Positions 37,476-45,641 of a DNA stretch of 64,000 nucleotides are shown in pieces. How positions within the stretch are numbered: the stretch's first letter is position 1; every line of letters starts with the position of its first letter. Origin of the DNA: Candidatus Eremiobacteria bacterium (GTDB lineage Bacteria > Vulcanimicrobiota > Vulcanimicrobiia > Vulcanimicrobiales > Vulcanimicrobiaceae); NCBI GenBank assembly GCA_963758295.1, contig CAVWUU010000001.1:352001-416000 (forward strand), written 5' to 3'. The notes under the pieces are model-generated. The model was given only the letters and a program-made list of their open reading frames with translations. It was not told the DNA's origin and ran no database searches. The position numbers and the translations under genes were made by a program.

Positions 37476-39215
37476 GTGCGAGTCACGGCCCGGTTCGTCC
37501 TGTTCGCGATTACGGCGATGGCGATCGTCATCTTCTACGGGCCGTTAGGGCATGACGACTACACCGGCCGCTGGGGTGGCGGCACCTACGGCTTTGAGAC
37601 GCGCCGGGGAGTTACGGGCTCCAACGCCGTTGCCGGTGTGCTCGCGGGCTCGCCGGCGCAGCGAAGCGGCGTTCGGATCGACGACACGATCGCTCTACGG
37701 CCGTTCGATCAAAATTCGTTCCGGCTGGCCTATCCGCGCGCAGGCGACCACGGTACCTTCACGTTCGTGCGTCCGGACGGCTCTCGATTCACGGTAGCGA
37801 TGACGGCAGTGCCTGTTCCTCATTTCACCGCGTGGGATCGGCTCACCGGAATCCTCGCGATGTTGCCGCCGACGGTGTTTCTCATCGTCGCTTTCATGCT
37901 GGTTTATCTCCGGCCGAATGTGATGACGTGGTCGTTCTACGCTTTCGGCCTCGGATATTTTTCCACAGCGCCGTCGTACCAGTACTTTGCCACGCAGTTG
38001 CCGCCGGGCGTGTTCCTTCCGCTCACATTCGTGCTCTCGACGTTTTTCGGAAACTTCGCCGTCATGCCGCTGCTGCCGTTCGTGCTGCGCTTTCCCGACG
38101 GAAACGTCACGGGAATCCGGCGGCGCTACAATCGCGCAATCTGGATTGCGATCGTCTGCGCTTTTGCGGCGTACTCGTTCCAGTGGTGGTACGAAAATGT
38201 GACCGGCGAACCGCCGTCGTTCCGCGACGTTCTCGATACGTGGTTGCCGCTGGCGTCGTTTTCCTTTGCATCCTTGATCGTCGTCAAGAAGTATAAGACG
38301 GCCTCGCCCGCGATTAGGCAGCGCTTCGGATTTCTCGTCATTGGGCTCATCGTGTCGTTCCTGGCCTACGCGATCTACTTCGTCCCCGGCGTCCCGGTGA
38401 GTGTCGCGCAGATTGCTGGATACGCGGTCGTCATCATGCCTATTGCCGTTGCCTACGGCGTGCTGCGGCATCGCGTGCTGGACGTAAATTTCGTCTTGAA
38501 TCGCGCGATCGTCTACGGCTTGCTTTCGATCTTCGTGATTGCGGTAGTCTCGCTGCTGGATTGGTTCTTCGCGATGATCGTTTCCAGGCAGCATCTTGCC
38601 CTTGCCGGCGAATTGCTCGCTACGATCGCGATCGGCTTTTTGCTCGACCGAATCAACAAAGGCATCGAACGGATGGTCGAATCGGTTTTCTTTCGTCACC
38701 GGCAGCTGGCTGAAATTCATCTGCGCCGAGTCGCCAAGGCCCTCCCTTATGCAACGGAGGAGGAAGCGGTGACCGACGGTCTCGTGCAAGTTCCGGTCGA
38801 TGCGCTGCATTTAAGTGCCGCGGCGCATTATCGGCGCTCGACGGACGGATCCCGCTTCGAAGGCGTTGGCACCTCACACGATACGCCCATGGCTCCGGCA
38901 GGGTTTAACGCAAACCACTTGCTGGTACGGCTGTTGCAAGCTAACGAGGATCGGGTTTGGCTCGACGAATTGCGTTCGCAATTGGATCGCGACAACGCAG
39001 CGATTTACGTTATCGCCATCCCGGTCGCCGTGCGGCATGAGCTCGTCTCTTTCACCCTTTATGGCGCGCATAAAAACGGCGCGCAGCTCGACCCCGATGA
39101 GCTCGAGCTGCTATGCCTGCTTTCCGATGAAGCCTCGCGCGCCTACGATCATATCGACGCAGTGCGTACGCGCGAACGTTACGACGGCCTTATAACTGCG
39201 CGAGAAACTGCGTGA
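37476..39215 (+). CDS. Membrane sensor-like protein: PDZ-like domain, 7-8 TM, C-terminal GAF-like domain
   Basis: VLAGSPAQRSGVRIDDTI (PDZ-like); AYGVLRHRVLDV; AIPVAVRHELVSFTLYG...DELELL (GAF-like). Confidence 0.72.
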   Translation: MRVTARFVLFAITAMAIVIFYGPLGHDDYTGRWGGGTYGFETRRGVTGSNAVAGVLAGSPAQRSGVRIDDTIALRPFDQNSFRLAYPRAGDHGTFTFVRPDGSRFTVAMTAVPVPHFTAWDRLTGILAMLPPTVFLIVAFMLVYLRPNVMTWSFYAFGLGYFSTAPSYQYFATQLPPGVFLPLTFVLSTFFGNFAVMPLLPFVLRFPDGNVTGIRRRYNRAIWIAIVCAFAAYSFQWWYENVTGEPPSFRDVLDTWLPLASFSFASLIVVKKYKTASPAIRQRFGFLVIGLIVSFLAYAIYFVPGVPVSVAQIAGYAVVIMPIAVAYGVLRHRVLDVNFVLNRAIVYGLLSIFVIAVVSLLDWFFAMIVSRQHLALAGELLATIAIGFLLDRINKGIERMVESVFFRHRQLAEIHLRRVAKALPYATEEEAVTDGLVQVPVDALHLSAAAHYRRSTDGSRFEGVGTSHDTPMAPAGFNANHLLVRLLQANEDRVWLDELRSQLDRDNAAIYVIAIPVAVRHELVSFTLYGAHKNGAQLDPDELELLCLLSDEASRAYDHIDAVRTRERYDGLITARETA

Positions 39216-40108
39216 GCGTTTCGTCGAACTTTTGCGGCTGGTCCAGCATCACGTAGTGTCGCGCCGCGGTAATCGGCAACGACTTGCGCTTTCGGCGCAC
39301 CCGCTACGAGCATCTTGTAGAATGTCAGCGTATCGCTTTCCGAATACGGGCTGGGCGAGGCGTACGGCATGATCTCTTCGAACGGGATGGTCACCTTCGC
39401 GAGCTGCGGACGGAGATCGGTCGTTAGATCGGCCGCGGCCCATGCTCCCACCGCTTTCGGATCGCTCTTTGAGACGAGATCGCCGAGTGACGGGGCAAAT
39501 GCAGCGTCGGTGGTGCCGATCGTCGCCATGTAATTGCGCTCGTATTGGACGAAGCTGGCGTGCTGCATTGAATCGAGTTGTGTGGTGATGCCTTTTGCCA
39601 TGGAGGCGCGCTGATCGGCCGTCGATTGAGCCGCCGCCGGAAAGACCGGAAGCCCGTCTGCCGCTACGATGCCGGCGAGGCGGTCGGGGTGCTGTTCTGC
39701 GAGCAGAATCGCAAGCGTTCCGCCGAGGCTGTGCCCGATCACAACCGGTTTATCGATGTGCCGCTGCTCGAGCAGCGACCAAAAATCACGTGTGAAGCCG
39801 GCCAGCAAATCGCTTTCGTTAGACGCTGCTCGGCCGTCGAATCCCGGTAGCGTGATTGCGTAGATCGTATAGTTCGGCGAAAAGTGCGCGATCTGTTCGT
39901 ACCACGTCCAGGTTCCACTCGCGAGTCCCGGAATGAACACGAGCGTTTTCGGCCCGGAGCCGTAGCGATCGACATGAAGCATCCCGCTGTCGAACGATTC
40001 CGTGGGATGCGGTGCCGGTGCAATGGCCGCCGCGAGGGCCGGCTGCGACGCAAAGGCGACGTTGAAGAACAGCGCCGCGGCGAGCAGCGCGCGAAAGGTG
40101 CGAATCAT
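39190..40108 (-). pseudogene. Secreted alpha/beta hydrolase; frameshift near 39277 removes the catalytic His from the called ORF
   Basis: IPGLAS, LPGF, GHSLGG; alternate frame PITAARHYVMLDQPQKFDETLTQFLAQL-stop at 39190. Confidence 0.85.
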
Positions 40109-40124
40109 GGTTGCTCCTGTAAGT

Positions 40125-40325
40125 TTAGTCTAATGAGCCGGCGTCAAAGACATCCTCGACGCTCTTGGAAAAGAGTTTTGAAATCTTGAATGCGAGCGGC
40201 AAGCTTGGTGCGTACTTGCCGGCTTCGAGCGCAACGACCGTTTGCCGCGCGATGCCAAGTTTCTCGGCGAGTTCGGCTTGTGAAAGATCTTGCTCCACAC
40301 GCAAGAGCTTGATCCGGTTTTTCAT
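40125..40325 (-). CDS. XRE-family helix-turn-helix regulator (66 aa)
   Basis: MKNRIKLLR...LSQAELAEKLGIARQTVVALEAGKYAPSLPLAFKI. Confidence 0.93.
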   Translation of the reverse strand: MKNRIKLLRVEQDLSQAELAEKLGIARQTVVALEAGKYAPSLPLAFKISKLFSKSVEDVFDAGSLD

Positions 40326-40717
40326 CGATAGCGCAGGCGCAGTACGATCGAGGACATGAGCCATGCCGCTGCCATCACCGGCCATACCGCAAACATGCTC
40401 AAGCGCGGAAAGCCGGCTCCCTCCAGAAATCCGTACGTAAACGTGATGAACGCCGTGGCGCCGACGGTTACGGCAAGAGACGTCAATTGTATCTGGCGTT
40501 CGAGTTCGTCGCAGGCCGAGAGATACCGGACGATTGCGGCGACCGTGAAAATCACCGGAATCATCGGCGTCACGGCAAGCACGATAAGAAGCGGACGGTT
40601 TGCCGTGCCGATTCGATCCGCGATGAGATTCACCGCCACGAGCAGCACTATGTAAACGGCCAGCGATCCGAATAGCTCGATGAAATAGCGCCGGTTGACT
40701 TGCTGCTGGGTTTTCAT
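40322..40717 (-). CDS. Four-TM membrane protein of the type found next to small XRE regulators
   Basis: Four hydrophobic segments, DELERQI motif; ATGA coupling to the XRE gene. Confidence 0.8.
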   Translation of the reverse strand: MKTQQQVNRRYFIELFGSLAVYIVLLVAVNLIADRIGTANRPLLIVLAVTPMIPVIFTVAAIVRYLSACDELERQIQLTSLAVTVGATAFITFTYGFLEGAGFPRLSMFAVWPVMAAAWLMSSIVLRLRYR

Positions 40718-40815
40718 CGCGGCGCCGCAAGGACTGGAAACGGCACGAATGCGGCTTCGGGCGTGCCCGTGCTGGGACTGTGCGGCATGACCGTGGGAAC
40801 GTGGAACCAGTGCAT
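40714..40815 (-). CDS. Unannotated 33-aa small ORF MHWFHVPTVMPHSPSTGTPEAAFVPFPVLAAPR
   Basis: AAAGGAGG SD 7 nt before ATG; its TGA overlaps the next ATG (ATGA). Confidence 0.6.
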   Translation of the reverse strand: MHWFHVPTVMPHSPSTGTPEAAFVPFPVLAAPR

Positions 40816-40837
40816 TCCCTACCCTCCTTTACCGTGA

Positions 40838-40878
40838 AATGTACGGCATAAGTGACACAATGTCAATCATAAGCGACA
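40838..40878 (-). promoter_or_regulatory. Sigma70 promoter overlapped by two 18-bp operator-like sites
   Basis: Minus strand TTGACA-N17-TACATT (40866-40838); TGTACGGCATAAGTGACA (40840-40857) and TGTCAATCATAAGCGACA (40861-40878), 21 bp apart. Confidence 0.75.
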
Positions 40879-40918
40879 TTTTGTCTTCTTGGTGCGACTC
40901 CTGGCATTAAATCATGTC

Positions 40919-40935
40919 GTGAAAGTCATTTTCAC
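40919..40935 (+). promoter_or_regulatory. Fur/PerR/Zur-family-like 7-1-7 box upstream of the peroxiredoxin
   Basis: GTGAAAGTCATTTTCAC inverted repeat with one mismatch. Confidence 0.55.
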
Positions 40936-41005
40936 TTTTGTGCGGATCGGGTAGAGTGAGCTTCAGAACATCACTCGCTTTCAGCAAAAGGTGGAACTAC
41001 TCATA

Positions 41006-41560
41006 ATGTTGGCGCAAGTCGGCAAACAGGCACCCGATTTCAAACTTCCGAGCACCAAAGGCGCGACCGGAGCGAAGGACCTCGGCAAAGAGATCAAGCT
41101 CTCCGACTATCGCGGCAAATGGCTCGTGTTCTTCTTTTATCCACTGGACTTTACGTTTGTGTGTCCGACCGAAATCACGGCACTTTCGGACCGTGCAGAC
41201 GAGTTCAAAGAGTTTGATACCGAGATCCTCGGCGCGTCGACTGATTCGGTGCACAGCCACTGGGCATGGATCAACACGCCGCGTGAGAAGAACGGCATCG
41301 CGGGTCTGAACTACCCGCTAGTCGCCGACTACACGAAGGAAACGGCGCGTGCCTACGGCGTTCTCGACGAAGCGTCGGGCGTCGCGCAACGCGGGCTCTT
41401 CATTATTGATCCGGAAGGCGTGCTCAAATACGCGGTGGTGACCGACGACAACGTCGGACGTAGCGTAGAAGAAACGCTTCGCGTTCTGCAGGCTCTTCAG
41501 ACCGGTGGTCTTTGCCCGGCTGAATGGAAACCCGGCAAAGCGCTGCTCCAGAAGGCATAA
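41006..41560 (+). CDS. ahpC: 2-Cys peroxiredoxin (AhpC/YkuU-like)
   Basis: FYPLDFTFVCPTE, RGLFIIDP, GRSVEE, LCPAEW. Confidence 0.96.
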   Translation: MLAQVGKQAPDFKLPSTKGATGAKDLGKEIKLSDYRGKWLVFFFYPLDFTFVCPTEITALSDRADEFKEFDTEILGASTDSVHSHWAWINTPREKNGIAGLNYPLVADYTKETARAYGVLDEASGVAQRGLFIIDPEGVLKYAVVTDDNVGRSVEETLRVLQALQTGGLCPAEWKPGKALLQKA

Positions 41561-42037
41561 ATGGCACTACGCATGCGCAGCCCTCTTCCTTCGCTGGAGG
41601 GGGCTGCCGCGTGGCTCAACGGTGAAGTAAAGTCCGAAGAGCTGCGCGGACTTCCCGTCGTTGTCTCCTTTTGGTCGAAGAGCTGTTACATCTGCCATGA
41701 CACCGCCGAGCAATTCGCGCAGTGGCGCGATAAATACGCAAAGCACGGTGTCGCCTTTCTTTCGGTGCATCAGCCGCGTTCCGAGGACGAACTCGACGTC
41801 GAAGCAGTGAAAAAAGATGCCGTCGAAGAGATGAAGCTTACTCAGCCCACGGCGATCGACAACGATCACGCGCTTGTGGAGCGCTTCCAAAACCAATTCG
41901 TGCCGGCGTTTTACGTCTTCAACCGAAAGCACGAATTGCGTCACTTTCAAGCGGGCGGCAAAGGCTTCGAGCGTATCGAAGCGGCGATCGACCGCGTATT
42001 GAACGAGACGCCGGAGGAAGAAGAACTGAACGCTTAG
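41561..42037 (+). CDS. TlpA-like thiol-disulfide oxidoreductase (Bacillus YkuV-like)
   Basis: AWLNG, FWSKSCYIC CxxC, VHQPRSE, VPAFYVF, LRHFQAGG. Confidence 0.9.
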   Translation: MALRMRSPLPSLEGAAAWLNGEVKSEELRGLPVVVSFWSKSCYICHDTAEQFAQWRDKYAKHGVAFLSVHQPRSEDELDVEAVKKDAVEEMKLTQPTAIDNDHALVERFQNQFVPAFYVFNRKHELRHFQAGGKGFERIEAAIDRVLNETPEEEELNA

Positions 42038-42075
42038 CATGCGTTCTTAAATTTCGGTGAAAAGTATTCGCTAAA

Positions 42076-42110
42076 CGGCCCACCGCGCAAGCGGTGGGTC
42101 GTCGCGTTTT
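42076..42110 (+). terminator. GNRA-capped hairpin downstream of the redoxin pair
   Basis: CGGCCCACCGC-GCAA-GCGGTGGGTCG followed by a short, offset T tract. Confidence 0.5.
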
Positions 42111-42157
42111 ACTGCTCTTAGCACCGGGTAATGGGCCACCGCTGGGAGGATCAATAC

Positions 42158-42439
42158 ATGAATAAAAGATTCGCAAGTTTTGTCGTGCTCGGAGCTCTTG
42201 CGGCCACTGCCTCTATAGCGGCAGTTGACGCAAAGACCGCCGCACCGACATCATCTGCAACGGCCTGTCCAAGCTCGTCACCAATGGCCTCCACATCCAA
42301 CACGATGAGCGAAGACAGTACGAAAATGGAAAACTGCGCCTCGCCCTCACCCGGAGCGATGAGCAGCATGGCTCCCGGAGCAAAGGCAAGCCCCGGAACC
42401 ATGGGCAGCGCAGCGCCGACCTACACAGCTCGTCCCTAA
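42158..42439 (+). CDS. Small secreted Ser/Thr/Pro/Met-rich low-complexity protein with two Cys
   Basis: GGAGGA SD; signal peptide MNKRFASFVVLGALAATASIAAVDA. Confidence 0.75.
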   Translation: MNKRFASFVVLGALAATASIAAVDAKTAAPTSSATACPSSSPMASTSNTMSEDSTKMENCASPSPGAMSSMAPGAKASPGTMGSAAPTYTARP

Positions 42440-42496
42440 ACTGTAACTCCGCAACGACCGGAGGTCGATGCACGCGCCGCCGCTAACGACAGGCGC

Positions 42497-44446
42497 GTGC
42501 ACGACGGGTCTTTCCGCCTCGCCGTTTTTTGCGGGCCATCGTTGCCTCAATGCGATCGTCTGGCCGACGACCGCGTAACGTATCTGCCGCCGGCATCGCG
42601 CGGCGACGTTCTTCGTGCCGCTAAAGACTACGACGCCGTCCTGCTTATCGACGGCCTCTTCCATCACGATCTCGCGCCTGCGCCGAAAGAATGTTACGAA
42701 TCGACGCTGCACGCCCGAATGTTCGGCGCATCGAGTATGGGCGCGCTGCGCGCGGCCGAATGCGCGCCATACGGTTTTGTGGCGCTTGGCGCTATTGCTG
42801 GTTGGTACGTTCGTGAATCGATCGATGGTGACGATGAAGTCGCGGTGTTAACGCATCCGCAGTCCGGCCGCGCGATCACCGTTCCCGTGGTGAACGTGCG
42901 GCACGTGGCGCGGCTAGCTCGGCGTCGCGGACTGCTTTCGCGTGCGGGCGAGGCGCAGTTCATCGCTAGCGCACGCGAGATTTACTACATGGACCGGAGT
43001 TGGGACGGCGTCATTGCATGCGCGCCTCCGTCGATTGCCAAGCAGTTACACGAACTCATTATGGAGTCAGGAGATCTAAAGCGCCTCGATGCGCGCTTTG
43101 CACTTCGGACGGTGATAAGAACGCTTCAGCGCACAAAAGACGCACGGATTCCATTCGTTACGAAGCGCCCTGCATGCGAATCGGCGCGCGAGTCCGGCGA
43201 AGTGCGACTGCCCTCGACTTCTCCGAAAGATCCCTCGACGTACGATCGCGCGACCAGCTATGCCAGCACGCTCGATCTTGCTCCGGAATTGCGGCGTCGT
43301 TTTGGAATCACTCGCATAGCGGATATAACGAACCTCGACCGGGTCGGCATCCCGGTCTATTCAACGCTCGTTCCGCGTTCGCCCGACATGCTCGGCGTCT
43401 ACAACGGGAAAGGGCTAACGCGCGACGCGTCCATCGCGAGCGCGATCATGGAGGCCGCAGAACGGCAGATCGCCGCCAACGTGCGCCTTCCGGCTTTCGA
43501 GGAAACGGTTGAAGCGGTTTCGCAGCACATCGATCTTCCCGAACTCGGAATGATTGACGTAGCGCCGTCAATGCCGGTACAGTGCGTTCGCGGGACGGAA
43601 TTGCTCTCGGGCGATTCGGTTGCGATTCCGCTTGCACTCGTCCAATGTCCGTGGTTCGGAGAGAAGCTCTTCGATGTCACCAGCACGAACGGGCTCGCGT
43701 CAGGCAACAATATAGCGGAAGCTGTTTATCATGCCTTGTGCGAATTGGTCGAGCGCCACGCCTGGGCGATGTATCACGTACGTTCGTCACTTGTTCCGCG
43801 GCTGTTCGGCGGAACGAACGCGATGGATCGCAGCGTCGCTCCGCAGCTAAAGCTGCCGACGGGCGACCGAGTCGTCGACGCGCTGATCGAAAAAATCGAA
43901 TCCGCCCGACTCGTGTTGCGAGCATTCTTGCTCGAAGAGGCGGAGCTGCCCTATACGGTATTCGTCTCGATTTTTGAGCCGGATCTCGAACCGCCGATGG
44001 TGCACATGGGCATGGGCTGTTCGCTTTCCCCCGCGCATGCGCTGGTACGGGCGCTGACCGAGGCCGTGCAGAGCCGTGCGATCGACATTCAGGGGGCGCG
44101 CGAAGACATGTTGCGTCCCGACGATCCACCGACAAATATGGGCGAACATAATCGACGCCGCAAAGAGTTACCAAAAGATCGTTGGTATTTCGACTTGCCG
44201 GCTCGAGAGATCGAGCTTTCGGGCTTCGTCGATCGTTCGAGCGATGACGTCGCACAAGATGTCCGCACGACGCTCGGCGCGCTCGCCGGTTACGGAATCC
44301 GAAAGATCTTTGCGGTCGAACTAGCGCCGGCGGATTTGTCCGTCAGCGTCGTGCGAGCGATCGTCCCGGGGTTGGAATCGTTTATGTACAGCGGGCGGCT
44401 CGGATCGCGAACTCGGGCGCTGCTCAACCCATTCGCGGTCGCCTGA
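42497..44446 (+). CDS. TfuA-YcaO fusion protein (putative peptide backbone thioamide synthetase)
   Basis: TfuA motifs VFCGPSL, LPPASRGD, IDGLF, GASSMGALRAAE, DDEVAV, DLKRLDA; YcaO motifs GITRIADITNLDRVGIPV, NGKG, MEAAER, TNGLASGN, ELVER, RALTEAVQSR, VRAIVPGLE. Confidence 0.92.
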   Translation: MHDGSFRLAVFCGPSLPQCDRLADDRVTYLPPASRGDVLRAAKDYDAVLLIDGLFHHDLAPAPKECYESTLHARMFGASSMGALRAAECAPYGFVALGAIAGWYVRESIDGDDEVAVLTHPQSGRAITVPVVNVRHVARLARRRGLLSRAGEAQFIASAREIYYMDRSWDGVIACAPPSIAKQLHELIMESGDLKRLDARFALRTVIRTLQRTKDARIPFVTKRPACESARESGEVRLPSTSPKDPSTYDRATSYASTLDLAPELRRRFGITRIADITNLDRVGIPVYSTLVPRSPDMLGVYNGKGLTRDASIASAIMEAAERQIAANVRLPAFEETVEAVSQHIDLPELGMIDVAPSMPVQCVRGTELLSGDSVAIPLALVQCPWFGEKLFDVTSTNGLASGNNIAEAVYHALCELVERHAWAMYHVRSSLVPRLFGGTNAMDRSVAPQLKLPTGDRVVDALIEKIESARLVLRAFLLEEAELPYTVFVSIFEPDLEPPMVHMGMGCSLSPAHALVRALTEAVQSRAIDIQGAREDMLRPDDPPTNMGEHNRRRKELPKDRWYFDLPAREIELSGFVDRSSDDVAQDVRTTLGALAGYGIRKIFAVELAPADLSVSVVRAIVPGLESFMYSGRLGSRTRALLNPFAVA

Positions 44447-45297
44447 TGGAAAACCAAGACGGGTTACTCGCGCGGGTTTTACGCGGTGATTCGGCCGAGC
44501 GGCACCACTGGGACGAATACTACCGGACATTCCATGCGATGCGGCCGCGCACGACGTCGACGTACGCGGGAAGGCTCCGAACCGAAGATGCTAAGAGTTC
44601 CTATGATGTTTTGGCGGATGCGCTTGCGCCGGTCCGGTCGGTCCTGGATATAGGATGCGGGGACGGGGTGCTGCTCGCCGCAATTCACGAACGCTTTCCG
44701 AGCGCAGTCCTTTCGGGCGTGGACCTCGGCGAAGTGGATCTCGAGTTTGCGAGAGAGCGTCTGCATAACGTGCCGATCGGGACGCTCGCCGTTGAAAATG
44801 CATTAGATCTTCCGTTTGGCGATGAGTCGTTCGATGCGGTCGTCTCTCACATGGTCTTCATGCTGATTCCGGAGTTGGACGACGTGTTGCGCCAGGCGAG
44901 ACGCGTCTTAAAAGAGGACGGGACCGTTGCGTTTGTCGTCGGCGATCCGGCAGCTACCGAAGGTCATATGCGCCGATTTTTTACCTCGGTCAACGAAGCG
45001 ATTCGTACGGAGCATCCAAAGTTCACTCCCCTCAATCCCGCCGATCCGCGAATCTTCGATACGAACGGCATCCGGGAAGCGATGGAGGGCCAGGGCTTCA
45101 CGAACGTCGCGCAAGTTCGGTTCAAATGCGCAGCGCAGCTCGATGCGGATAGCGTTTACGAACAACTCTTGCTACGCTACTACACAGGATCGCTCGGCGA
45201 ACTCGATCTCCAACGAATCAAGGACGTCGCCGGCGCTTTCGCATCGCCGTCGTTCCGCTACACCGAATCACTGCGTCTTGTGACCGCAAATCGTTAA
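44446..45297 (+). CDS. Class I SAM-dependent methyltransferase
   Basis: VLDIGCGDG, GVD, LPFGDESFDAVVS, RRVLKEDG; TGATG overlap with tfuA-ycaO. Confidence 0.92.
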   Translation: MENQDGLLARVLRGDSAERHHWDEYYRTFHAMRPRTTSTYAGRLRTEDAKSSYDVLADALAPVRSVLDIGCGDGVLLAAIHERFPSAVLSGVDLGEVDLEFARERLHNVPIGTLAVENALDLPFGDESFDAVVSHMVFMLIPELDDVLRQARRVLKEDGTVAFVVGDPAATEGHMRRFFTSVNEAIRTEHPKFTPLNPADPRIFDTNGIREAMEGQGFTNVAQVRFKCAAQLDADSVYEQLLLRYYTGSLGELDLQRIKDVAGAFASPSFRYTESLRLVTANR

Positions 45298-45362
45298 AGC
45301 GGCCGCCTGTTTGTCCGATAGATTCCTAGAGCCGAACTAACTACTGCTTCAGCGAGGATTTC

Positions 45363-45641
45363 ATGGCGACAGTTCAACAGAAGGCGATTGCCGCCGGGTT
45401 TTTGCATGCATTGCAAGATCCCGCGGTGTTGGAAAAGTGGCAAGATGCCAAAGGCGATAGCATGAAGCTTCGCACGCTGATCAAAGACACGCTCGGGCTC
45501 TCGCAACTCCCCTCAGAGGCCGATCTGGATGCCATGCGCGGCCACGCCGAGGAAGCGCTTCAAGAAGAACACAAGACACTGCTCGAGCATCAAGAGCATG
45601 CGCCACACGTAGTCGGAAACGGATTTACCGTACAGCAGTAG
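45363..45641 (+). CDS. 92-aa small protein, candidate RiPP precursor with a Nif11/NHLP-like helical leader
   Basis: GAGGA SD; co-oriented after the methyltransferase; [14 protein letters not shown] and [12 protein letters not shown] leader-like motifs. Confidence 0.65.
   Translation: MATVQQKAIAAGFLHALQDPAVLEKWQDAKGDSMKLRTLIKDTLGLSQLPSEADLDAMRGHAEEALQEEHKTLLEHQEHAPHVVGNGFTVQQ

Noticed and set aside
40326..40730. 201-aa version of the XRE ORF (40125-40730)
   Set aside because: The upstream 135 codons overlap the real 4-TM gene in another frame; the XRE domain begins at ATG 40325
42497..44446. YcaO as an azoline-forming (TOMM/LAP) cyclodehydratase
   Set aside because: It is fused to TfuA, has no PxPxP tail, no E1-like or dehydrogenase neighbour, and the adjacent precursor has no Cys
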